A DNA stretch of 64,000 bases from Squalus acanthias (lineage: Eukaryota), in assembly GCA_030390025.1 (NCBI GenBank), contig CM059435.1:89652001-89716000 (forward strand), written 5' to 3'. Position numbers and translations under genes: made by a program. Below, piece by piece: positions 52,787-64,000 of the stretch. The stretch's first letter is position 1, and every line of letters begins with the position of its first letter. Below the pieces are notes generated by a model, which was not told the origin of the DNA, searched no databases, and saw nothing but the letters and a program-made list of their open reading frames with translations.

Positions 52787-55700
52787 AATGTTATTCTACC
52801 ATCCCAACCCTACCATCACCACTATCTATTCAATTACTTATGCTGAATACATTTGCTTTACCTGTCCTACTTTTTTGGCTGCAAAGTTCAGTTCAGCGTT
52901 TACAACACATATTCCACTACTGTCTTTTAAGAATGCGAAAAACATGATAAGGCCCAAGGACTGTGCAAGGAACAGACTTTAAAAATAGAATTGACTGGTT
53001 TTAGAAAAGGAGGAGTGGCAGAGTGGTGCTACCATGTGCACAGTTGCAGTTGTCCCTTGGAGCCCCAATAGAAATCCCTTTTATAAGTAAATGGACCAGA
53101 TTTGCAAATGTTTGTAGTGAACTACTAATAAGGAGCCAAGTGCTAATTATCCCACACTCAGTGTCTGAATCTTGTTTGGAGGTACACATTCCAATAGTCA
53201 GAAGAGTAAATCACTCTTGTATACCAAGTGAAATCATATTTGGACTTAAAGGGGTCAGTGTTTGGCTGCCAACCACCCCATTTCCTGGTGTGAATAAAAT
53301 GGTGGCAGATCGAAAATTGGAAGAGAGAAATTGCCAACTTACTGTTGAAGGTCAGCCCATTATCAGCTGGACCTCAATTTCAGTGGTCAGCACACCTGCC
53401 AGAAACAGGCAGGGGTCTAATAAAAATATTCAAAATAGTCAAATGGTGTTCGGACCTAAAAGCCATTTTCGTGTTAATTAGCACTGCCACCGCCACTTCC
53501 TCAAACCATCCACAAATTGTTGATAGTACAGGGTGGGATGCGGCCATTTGCATCACTACTTAAAGGGGTCCTGACCTGCTCTCATTTAAATCACTCAAAG
53601 ACTTGTATAAAAATGAGAAGCTATAAAAGAAAATGAGGCGCAAATTACAGAAAATATCAATAGGATCAGAAAAGACAAAATTATAAGATGAGCTTACTGG
53701 TTGGAGCTATTCACATACTGCTAGTTTCAATAGGATATTCAGAAGCCCATTCATATACCTGATCACAAGCAGAGTAGGTTTAAAAGCTAAAATACTTGAA
53801 GTCTCATCATCAGTGTCCATTTTAAGAATTATGCTGGGACTAACTTTTTTTTTAAATCTTGTTGGCCTGTTTCTGTTGACTTTTTAAATATATTTAAGAA
53901 AACAGCAAGAGTCAAAGTCATAGTCGAAGGCATTATTGTTAATCCCAACAATGCAAAGAAACAGTATTAACCTTTGCTTAATCATGCATGAGTTATCTCA
54001 GTCAAGCATGACTGCTCTGTCAGTACCACATCCAAGAAGGCTCACTCTGCAGTACCGGTTCTCTGGTTAACCCTTTAAAATGTGTCAAAGATTAACCTAG
54101 GTTTGCCACCTGTCCGTCCAGCTTTTGAGGCACAAATTTCTAAAAAGTAAACCAGATGCTAAAAATCTATACTGTATATCTTTCTAAATAAGTCAACTTT
54201 TCCACTTAATTCTGTCTCTTAAAACATGACGGCATTAGTTTTTAAAGTTACTAAGATTTTCAATGCAAGGCAAACATCAATACTCAAGCTACGATCTCAC
54301 CCACTGCCCTGCCCCTATTCTGCCCATATTTTGCTATTGTATCAATCTTTACAGGCACTGGCCAAAAAGAAAATTACCTTTGGACCTGGTTTTCAGCCAG
54401 AGGGCAATTTTTTCCAAAAAAATCTAACTATTGAAACCTATTTTGAGTTATTTTGCAGAGACGATTATTACCATGATTATGCAGATGACCTTAGAACGTG
54501 GGAAAATTAATAAGGGTGGGCAGTGTACAGTCATATTTGTATCAATTCACTAATAGTATAAATGAAGTACAATAAATTTGATTTATTGAGCTTATGTTTT
54601 CTATTTCTATAAAGCCAAAGCTCAATATAATTAATTTTGATAATTAAATTGTCACCTTTCATTTATTTTAAGCAGCTTTTTCATATAACAATACATTGGT
54701 TGAAATATTATAAAATGATAAAGGTGAAATCTGAGACAACTTATTGCAGACCTGCAAATAGAACAATATATTCAAAGCTCTGAAAGCATGTAGGTCATTT
54801 AAAGTTCAAGAATGTAGTGTGGGAGGTATGATTGGCAGGGAGATAATTGAAAGCCACCCACTACCTGTTTATTAACTCACTTATTTTAATCGCTAAAGGC
54901 AAAAAGTATCAACTAGAACCTTTCAATAAATGTACTGTTTGTTACTATTTCTGCAGGGGCACACTGTTCAAGATTTGAAAGACTAACCTTTATTTGAGCT
55001 AATTATGACCTGACATTTGAACATGGACAAATTCATTTTGCAATTTAAGTCACATTAAACTGTGATATGCTTTTTCACAACTATGTGAATAAACCAAGTA
55101 TAACATACTATGTTCTCCCAATAGGTTTATCTAATAAATATAAGGCATGTGTGTTTTCTAGTACACGTGCACTGCCAGCTTGTCACAGAAGTAACCCCAT
55201 CTTCAACATCAAGGCATTTATACGGATTGTAAATCTTTAACCATTGAATTACAAAATATTCTTCACAAAATTCTCAATTTTCAATGATAATTTGTAATTG
55301 GTATACAATAATGCCACAGATGTAGTTATGAATTAATACAGATTTGTTTTGTTTCCTTTCTGTTTTAGCATCAATGTTAAATACCAATCACTTGGAGTCC
55401 CACATGTTGATACTTGAATGTAGCTCTGGGATGAGTCTCTTACCAACTCCTCCAGGCAACCATTGCTCTTGTCCCGCCCACCTCCCACCAGTTTCCCATT
55501 GGGATATGAAAATTGACCCCTATTAATCTCATAACCGAACAAAGGTACAAAAGATATTACTTCATAAAATGAATCAAATGACTCACCCCACCTAATTGCT
55601 GAATAATTGTCACCTATCTGCAAGCACATTTAGGAACACAAGCAAGCTACGAAGAACAAACTTACTAATTATATGTGCGTGCTCCATCAATACCCATACG

Positions 55701-55895
55701 GACAACATATCCATTTTATGTGCTCTTGTGTATTGAAAAGATGGCCATTTCTGTATCAAACTAGATTTTTAACATGGATAATAAAGATAACAAGGAAACC
55801 AAATCAATAATCTATCAAAGATGAAAGTGCTACTTTTTGTCACAATGATCCTGAATGGCAGATGAGCTCAAAGGACTGTATTTTTACTCATGTTT

Positions 55896-56515
55896 ATGAA
55901 CGGACACCGCGCAACAATTGCCAGGCAGGAGTGTTCCCTCCCAGTCGGGGAACACTTCAGCAGTCAAGGACATTCAGCCTCCGATCTTCGGGTAAGCGTT
56001 CTCCAAGGCGGCCTTCGAGACACACGACAACGCAAAATCGTCGAGCAGAAACTGATAGCCAAGTTCCGCACCCATGAGGACGGCCTCAACCGGGATCTTG
56101 GGTTCATTTCACGCTACATGTAACCCCACCTGACGTAGAGTCATCCAGACTCGAATCGTCGTTGGCTTGTTCTCTCTACACAGATGCGGCCGGACCTGCT
56201 GTGATTTCCAGCAAAAATAGTTTTTTGTTTTCCATACAGACCCCAGCATCTGCCACATTGTCTTTGATGTAATGTTTTCCTGACTGACCTGTTTGGACAC
56301 CATCCACACCTTTGATTGCCGTGATTATCTCTCTGCCGAGGTGTGATAAAGGGCAGTTGGAAAGATTAACTGTAATCACTTGGCTGTGTTCTCTGACTAT
56401 ATATGCTGTGCCTATATGTATCTCTTCACTTCACCTGACGAAGGAGCAGCGCTCCGAAAGCTTGTGATTTCAAATAAACCTGTTGGACTATAACCTGGTG
56501 TTGTGCGACTTCTCA
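55896..56515 (+). mobile_element. Penelope-like family B 3' fragment
   Basis: ORF 55890..56123 is a GIY-YIG C-terminus (RMNGHR..VGEHF..EQKLIAKF..GLNRD); TSD CATGTTT at 55889-55895 and 56516-56522. Confidence 0.85.
56431..56467 (+). ncRNA. Minimal type-I hammerhead ribozyme (PLE family B)
   Basis: TCAC-CTGACGA-A-GGAGC-AGC-GCTCC-GAAA-GC-TT-GTGA; intact core and perfect stems I and II. Confidence 0.8.
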
Positions 56516-56827
56516 CATGTTTTTATTTACCACTAATAATACCATGTGCCATCAGACTACAGTAGAAATTTTCTACTACTTAGGTGAAAGATTCCAAAAG
56601 GAGGGAAAAAAATTACCTTTTGCATTGATACCATCGCAAAGCAATTCTCAAAATTTGTGCATGCAACTAAAACAGTAGGACCTGGATTCTCTCCCCGTTG
56701 GCAGGTTTGAAGTGGAGTGATCCCAATGGCTGCTAATGTGAAATTGCCACTAACCTGCTGCAATTTCCTTCCAGAATCCTTATTAACCATGGAGAGCAGT
56801 TTGGAGGCTAGAAAACTACCCTTCAAT

Positions 56828-57466
56828 GCACCACGGCATGGTACATCGGCGAGACCATGCAGACACTGAGACAACGTATGAACGGACACCGCGCAACAAT
56901 CACCAGGCAGGATTGTTCCTTCCCAGTCGGGGAACACTTCAGCAGTCAAGGACATTCAGCCTCGGATCTGCGGGTTAGCGTTTGCCAAGGCGGCCTTCGA
57001 GACACATGACAATGCAAAATCATCGAGCAGAAACTGATAGCCAAGTTCCGCACCCATGAGAACGGCCTCAACCGGGATCTCGGTTTCATGTCACGCTACA
57101 GAACGTGACTCGACATTGTTGTCTGGTTCACAGGTGTGATTTCCAGTTTTTAAAAAAAAGTTAAAAGCTTAACTGCAGACTGCAGCATTTGACACGTTGG
57201 ACCCCCTGTGACCCACCTCATTGTCTTAGCTGTACTCTGCTGTGTCTTTGATGTAATGCCTCCCTGACGGATTGTATCTCTGCAGACACATTGTTCTCTG
57301 TCTATATATACTTTGTAATCGATTTGTATTCCCTCACTGTACCTGACGAAGGAGCAGAGCGCCGAAAGCTCGTAATTTCAAATAAAACTGTTGGACTATA
57401 ACCTGGTGTTGCGCGACTTCTCATTTTTGTCCACCCCAGTCCAACACCGGCATCTCCGCATCATGA
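56828..57466 (+). mobile_element. Penelope-like family B 3' fragment (second subfamily)
   Basis: Encodes AWYIGETMQTLRQRMNGHRATI; TSD CTTCAAT at 56821-56827 and 57467-57473. Confidence 0.85.
57340..57374 (+). ncRNA. Minimal type-I hammerhead ribozyme (PLE family B)
   Basis: TAC-CTGACGA-A-GGAGC-AGA-GCGCC-GAAA-GC-TC-GTA; compensatory change in stem I; one mismatch in stem II. Confidence 0.72.
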
Positions 57467-57539
57467 CTTCAATTGTTTGCCACTGCTGGGGAGGGGAGAG
57501 AGAAATACATTTCCGTGCAGCATTTAAAAGCTACAGTCA

Positions 57540-57840
57540 GTTAAAGGGCAACATCACTCTTAAGCAAGATGGCAAAAGGAACAGCAGCTTTGTGGGCGCC
57601 AGCAGCTGAAGGGCCCCAAATTTTTCGAATGTGTCCATTGAGTTGCCGCTAATAGAAGTATGAGCCAGAAGAGATTGTCTGATGGGCTTGAGGACAGGAG
57701 GCCCCATTAGAGAATGTTGCAGGCTGTTTGGAAGGAGGTGGCAGAGGCAGTCAGTACAAACTCCATCACCCCAAGAACTGCCACACAGTGCAGGAAGAGG
57801 GTCAATGACCTTGCAAGGCAAGTCAAGGCTCTGGTGCCAA
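57540..57840 (+). pseudogene. Isolated Harbinger Myb/SANT exon-1 remnant
   Basis: ORF 57714..57995 begins LQAVWKEVAEAVSTNSITPRTATQCRKRVNDLAR. Confidence 0.7.
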
Positions 57841-58099
57841 TTCGCATCCTCTACCAATCATACAGATTCACTCACCTCCTTACCTACCACACTTTTTCTC
57901 ACTCAGCACTTGGGTGTCAGGGAAACTCACTACTGCAAAGAGCATTATTTTTAGTTTTTGTCATGACAGTCGATATGGCAGAAAATGCCTGCTGAATTTT
58001 CTTTTCATCAAAATGTCTAAAATTTAGCCAAACGCTTTTATTTTCCAACACCTTGAAAATAGATTCTTCAGTATTTTTGAACTTTGAATTGATAGTAAA

Positions 58100-58205
58100 A
58101 TGTGTGTGCGTCTGAGAGACAACACAGAACGACAGAGACACACACACACACAGAAAAAGAGGAAGAGAGTGACAGAAAAAGGAGAGAGAGAGACACACAC
58201 AGAAG
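58100..58205. repeat. Imperfect CA/GA microsatellite region
   Basis: (CA)n and (GA)n runs. Confidence 0.6.
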
Positions 58206-59369
58206 AATACAAAAATAATTTTAGGCAGAGAAGAGTATGATTGTAAGTAGGAAGTCAATTGCCCACTTGTGACTTAAAGCCTTTGGGCGATGACTGAACA
58301 ATGATCTATTGTGTTGAGACCATTGGATAAAATCAGACTGTAATAGTAAGTGATGGTTCAACTCTGTCATGATGGGTTGGAAGGTGTTAGTCCCTTTAAA
58401 GCTCTAAATGAAATCAAAGCAAATCCTTTGTCAACCAAAAAATAAACTGTTTGATACTCAACACAGTTCTGTGTCTTACCACTTGCACAATCTATTACTT
58501 TATTGCAGGGAAGTCCACCTCTATGCTTGGCAGCTTTCCATAAAGTGCAGCATAGATCGTCCACTCAGTGGAGTGAAAGATCAAGGCCACCACCCCATTT
58601 TTGTACATTAATTAGAAATGGATAGACAGTAATCACCACCTGCTCCAGATTTTCTGGTATTAGAACTCAAGCAGTTAGAAAGACAACTCAGATTTGGTCT
58701 TAACACAACTTTGGCCACTACAGCTGGAGTTTTGTCCCTCATCAGAGCAGGATACCAGCTTTGTGTATTACGTATTACAGCAATACTTCAAGACACAGTA
58801 CTGCAGTATAAAGGCAACAAAATGTGAAATTTACACCAACAACCACTGATGACTCATCCATGCGGGGAAATCACAGAAGGGCAATGGGCAGAGTGTCAAG
58901 TTAATTCTACTGCTGTGACAGGAGAGCCTTGGGGGAGAATTCTCCTTCATGATACAGAAATTTGGTAGGATCGGGGCAGAGAATGAGAAAATATTTGGGC
59001 AGTGAAGCCCATCGCCACCTCACCGCCCAGATTGGACTTCCCTTCCCACACACCTGCCAGGATTGCCACTAGTCTTTCCTTCCCCACTCATCACATGCAA
59101 TTGGTGGTGGAAAGCAGAGTCTGAGTCAACAGAGGATTTGATTTCCCTCCTGTCCGCCCCACTTACTGCCACTTCCTAGGGCCGCCAAATGGAAGATTGC
59201 GATACGTCCTGGAAAGCAGTGGTAAAGGCCTTGAGATTCCCCCATGGAAGTAGAGATCCTTATAACAACCTCCTCTCCCTCCAGTTGGCCCAGATACCTG
59301 CTGAAGGCCTCGATCTTTGTCAAGGCCTTCTGCGGAAGTGTTGATCGATATTCAGGCGCTTCTCTCCCT

Positions 59370-60440
59370 TTGGGAATCGGGGAAAACACTTCACTGGCTG
59401 GAGTCATACCTAGCACAAAGGAAGATGGTTGTGGTGGTTGAAAGTCAATCATCACAGCCACAGGACATCGCTGCAGGAGTTCCTCAGGGCCGTGTCCTAG
59501 GACCAACTATCTTCAGCTGCTTCATCAATGACCTTCCCTCCAACATAAGGTCAGAAATGGGGATGTTCGCTGATGACTGCACAGTGTTCAGTGCCATTCA
59601 CAACTCCACAGACAATGAAGCTGTCCATGCCCGCATGCAACAAGACCTGGACGATGTTCAGGCTTGGGCTGATAAGTGGCAGGTAACATTCGCGCCACAG
59701 AAGTGCCAGGCAATGACTATCTCCAACAAGCGAGAGTCTAACCACCTCCCCTTGACATTCAATGGCATTACCATCGCTGAATCCCCCACTATTAACCAGA
59801 AACTTAACTGGACCAGCCACATAAATACTGTGGCAACAAGAGCAGGTCAGAGGCTAGGTATTCTGCGGCGAGTGTCTCACCTCCTGACTCCCCAAAGCGT
59901 TTCCACCATTGACAAGTTACAAGTCAGGGGTGTGATGGAATACTCTCCACTTGCCTGGATGAGTGCAGCGCCAACAACATTCAAGAAGCTCGACACCATC
60001 CAGGACAAAGCAGCCCGCTTGATTGGCACCCCATCCACCACCTTAAACATTCACTCCCTGCACCACCGGCGTACCGTAGCTGCAGTGTGTACCATCTACA
60101 AGATGCACTGCAGCAACTCGCCAAGGCTTCTTCGGCAGCACCTCCCAAACCCGCGACCTCTTCCACCTAGAAGGACAAGGGCAGCAGGCGCATGGGAACA
60201 CCACCACCTCCAAGTCACACACCATCCTGACTTGGAAGTATATTGCCGATCCTTCATCGTCGCTGGGTCAAAATCCTGGAACTCCCTACCTAACAGCACT
60301 GTGGGAGTACCATCACCACACGGACTGCAGCGGTTCAAGAAGGTGGCTCACCACCACCTTCTCAAGGGCAACTAGGGATGGGCAATAAATGCTGGCATTG
60401 CCAGCGACGCCCACATCCCATAAAAGAATTTTTTTTTAAA
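59370..60440 (+). mobile_element. CR1-group non-LTR retrotransposon 3' part (distinct from the main CR1 family; clade uncertain)
   Basis: ORF 59317..60375 has GVPQGRVLGP, FADD and WNSLP; short 3' UTR with AATAAA. Confidence 0.88.
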
Positions 60441-61899
60441 AAGGTCCCTCGCCGCATTTTTAGATGTTGCAGTTTCCACCCTGGCACTGGCTGACTCCCT
60501 CTTGGCAGTAGGATTCACACCAGCAGCCCACCATGCACACAGGATAATCTGAAAGGCAGGAACTATGCCCCGAAGAGGAAAATCTTGACATTTATACAGA
60601 GAGTACTGCTAGCTGGGCAGCAAAGACAGCAGCTGTTAGAAACATGCCAGCTAAAAGCGTGCTTCTAGGACAACAAAACTGAGACACAGAAGGATTTGAG
60701 ATTGGAAGAGGGGAATGTGGGTGGTGAGGGATATAAGGAAGTAATCATAGACCACAGGAAGAGAGATGGCAAAGTCAAGGGAATGGCCGGGATGAGTTTA
60801 TGTGAAGGGAAAGTTTTGGGAGGACAGAAGGGCAGTGAATTCAGAGGAGAGAGGGCAATGAGAGCAGAGATGCAGATTAAAATCACTGAGATTGAAGAGT
60901 TACTCAGTGTAGCAGCTAAGGGAGGAAAGAGGAAGAACAATTGGGCAGGGAGGATCTTGCACCCACCAGAAATAAATGGGAAATGAGTGTCTAAACCCAT
61001 CCACGCAACTTTCCTCCATTCACTGTGCCCAGGAACAGGAAAATCAACACAAGGTCTTCTTCTAAACTACATTTGATCTCCTGCGAGTCTCAGATGGGCC
61101 TTGGGTTCCTCTAGGACATCAATCTTCTATCTGCTCCTTACATCCCTCTCCCCTGCAGACTCATCTCTAATAATGAGTGTGAAACTTATGGATTTATTGT
61201 CACCAAGGAAGAGACCATCCATTCAGCTGCCTCTACAGCTTCCCTCTCCATCATGCCCACCAAGCCAAATGCCAACCCTCCCCCACTCCCAGCCCATATC
61301 TACTTTGATTTGTCCAAAACCAACTCCTATGCCTGCTCTCTGCTTCTCACACAGCTGCTGGCTCTCCTCAAATTTGGCTTCTGAATTCCTGGATTTCTCT
61401 GGATATCAAGACGATGCTTCTGCACTGGATTACACCGCAAGACTCATCTGCTGGGACTCTTATTTGCTGTTCTGCTGCTGAAATTTTGAAGTAACTTTGG
61501 TCAGCTACAGCCCTTCCCCATCGCTGCTGTTCTCTGCTGAGCCTGTGACTGGCTGACTCGTTCTACTGGGTTTTTCAGCTCTGTTGGTTTCTGGCTAGTG
61601 GGTTTACATTTCTCCGTCGCTTCTGACCTCCAACGTCACCATCATCTTTTAGCCCCACAACCGATTCTCCACATCTCCTGGATCCTTATTTCCACGACTA
61701 CCATCCTCCTTCAAATAGCTTCTGGATTTCACTCGGCTGCTACCCCGGTCTTCGAAGTTGGACAACAGTTCGCCGATGCCCCATGCTGACTCCATCCGAC
61801 CTAAGTCAACTTTAGCCCTCCACGGGACCTCTGGCTTTAACTCCGGACTCCCTCCTATTGTTTCCTCTCTATTCCCTTTTACTATCAGGAAATAAGTAT

Positions 61900-64000
61900 C
61901 CTAATAATTGCTACATAACCAGGCCTATGTAACTTGAGTTTTCGCTGTGCCCATTCGTGCGCGCATTTTGGCTGCCCCAAGCCGATCACTTCTTTTCTCC
62001 CTTCTTTTCTCTCTACCCCTCCTTGACTGCTCTCTCCTGTCATTTTGCCTCCTTTCATTTTCCCTCTCTCAGGTACTCTGCCCTCCCAAATCCATACCCC
62101 AACCCTTGACTCCCTCTTGGATAAGCCTGTAGCTTCCCTCGGTCCCTCTCTTGGCATCCTCCGAAGGGCTCATCGAGGCACTCGTCACTGCCTCCTCACG
62201 AGCAGCAACCCCAATTGTTCCATCCTACTCTCTCGCTGACATTCTTGCCAATCTCCTCCCTGTCCAACTCACCCTTCCCAGCGCTGATACTGTGGACTCT
62301 GCCAGCAGATCAGCCATCACCACCCCTCTCCACATCTCCCTCCAGAATGTCTGTTCACTTGTGAACAAGTCCCTTGCCATCCATGAGCTTATTATGGATG
62401 ATTGCATCGACATCATGGCCTTGATGGAAACCTGGCTGAGGGGTGATGACACCTTACTCCTAAATGAAGCCTGCCTGCCTGGCTAGAATTTCCAACACTT
62501 GCCCCGCCTAGATCGTTGTAGTGGTGGTGTGGCTCTCGTCACCAAATCACACCTTGGTCTGTCCCCCTACTCCTCTGGCACTTTCTCCACCTTTGAGCAT
62601 CTCACCTTGTTCCACCCCCTCATCTCATTTAAAATTCTCGTTCTCTACTGTTCACCCAAGTACCCTAAAATTTTTCTCACCGAGATATGTTCACTGCTTT
62701 CCTCCCTCAGCCTCTGCACCGAGCGACTTCTCATCCTCAGTGATTTCAACCTCCATCTCAATTCATCATGCTCTCTCTCCTCCGGGTTCACTGCCCTCCT
62801 ATCCTCCCATAATCTCTCCCTCCATGTAAAGTCCCCTCCCCATATTCACGGTCACCCCCTTGACCTCGCCATCTCACGTGGCCTCTCTACTCCCATCGTG
62901 TCAATCACAGATACGGCCATCTCTGACCACTTCCTTGTATCTCTCTCCGTCCACATCCCCCTTCCCCTATCCACACCCCCACCCCAAACCTACTTCGTTC
63001 TGTGTCCGCCCCTAGAAAATCTTCTCTCCCCTCACTTACAACTGCATTTATGAAATCCCAATTGTCCAGCCTTAGATCCTCCATTTACCACTTTTCTGCA
63101 GCTACCGCTCTGCTCAACCACACCCTCACCACCACCTTTAATGCCTTAGTCCCTATTAAAACCATTACTCTCTCTCACCCTGGCCATTCCCCCTGGTAGG
63201 GAACTCATCTTCGCTCCCTTAAGTCCAAGGGACGCAGACTTGAACAGATATGGCAGACAATTGGTTTAGCCATTCACAGCCAGATCTGGCTGGACCACAA
63301 AGCATTATCGGGTCCTGCTTTCGTCTGCCAAAACTGCTCACTATTCCAGGATCATTCTGGAATGCAAAGATATCGCCCGGCTTCTTTTCTCTACTGCAAA
63401 CCATCATTTTAAACCCCTCTCCCCTGTCTCCTCCACCCTCACCTCCAACAACAAATGCGAGGATCTCATGGATTTCTTTGTCTCGAAGATTGAGACCATC
63501 TGGTCAGCTGCCTCTGCCACTTCCCGCCCACCAGGCCAAACTCCCTCTAAGGTTCCCCCCTGCCCTAGCCCTGAACTCGCATCTTTCTCCAGTTTCTCTC
63601 CGATTTCCCCTCATGCCCTCTCCGCGCTCATCTTGTCCACAAGACCCACTTCCTGCTCCCTCGACCCTATTTCCACTAAACTGCTGACCACCCAACTTCT
63701 TTTTCTGGCTCCCATGTTAGCTGGGTTCTCTCTCCTCAGGTACTGTGCCCTTCTCCTTCAAATCTGCCAGCATCACCCCTCTCAAAAAAAAAAAACCCTT
63801 GGCCGGCCTGTCCTTGCAAACTACTGCCCCATCTGCAATCTCCCTTTCCTCTCAAGTCCTAGAATGTGTTGTCACCTCCCAAATCCATGCCCATCTTTCC
63901 CGGAACTCCATGTTTGAATCCCTCCAATCAGGTTTCCGGCTCTGCCACAGTACCGAAACGGCTCTCATCAAAGTCACAAGTGATATCCTTTGTGACTATA
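61900..64000 (+). mobile_element. L2-clade LINE ORF2 (APE endonuclease and start of RT), frameshifted, runs off the window end
   Basis: LQNVCSL, DIMALMETWL, GGVA, SDFN, GHPLDL and ISDH in ORFs 62151..62486 and 62499..63053; SCSLDPI and QSGFR..HSTETAL near the end; 5' boundary approximate. Confidence 0.85.

Noticed and set aside
55896-57466. A single tandem PLE with two terminal repeats
   Set aside because: Each unit has its own TSD and a different UTR, so these are two independent insertions ~310 bp apart.
36200-64000. KCNQ1 exon 2 (FLIVLVCLIFSVLST-like)
   Set aside because: Not found by eye; probably beyond the window end. Exon 8 was likewise not found in 1-3787.

Overview
Eukaryotic vertebrate genomic DNA, most likely a cartilaginous fish (inferred from the repeat families, not proven). 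The only host gene is KCNQ1 (Kv7.1) on the minus strand: five coding exons equivalent to human exons 3-7 (S2-S6, including the TIGYGD pore), all with AG/GT sites and consistent phases. The introns are packed with transposable elements: many CR1 LINEs, L2 LINEs, a third CR1-group LINE family, two Penelope-like (PLE) families, two decayed two-gene PIF/Harbinger transposons with a set of Harbinger-type MITEs, and a full-length GC-rich Gypsy element of the CsRn1/Kabuki/Boudicca type. The most notable non-coding signal is five minimal type-I hammerhead ribozyme motifs in the PLE terminal repeats. Three have intact cores and show stem covariation, and one lies sense in KCNQ1 intron 5. Two multi-level nested insertion stacks can be resolved from their target-site duplications (TSDs). 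All calls were made by eye, without database searches.
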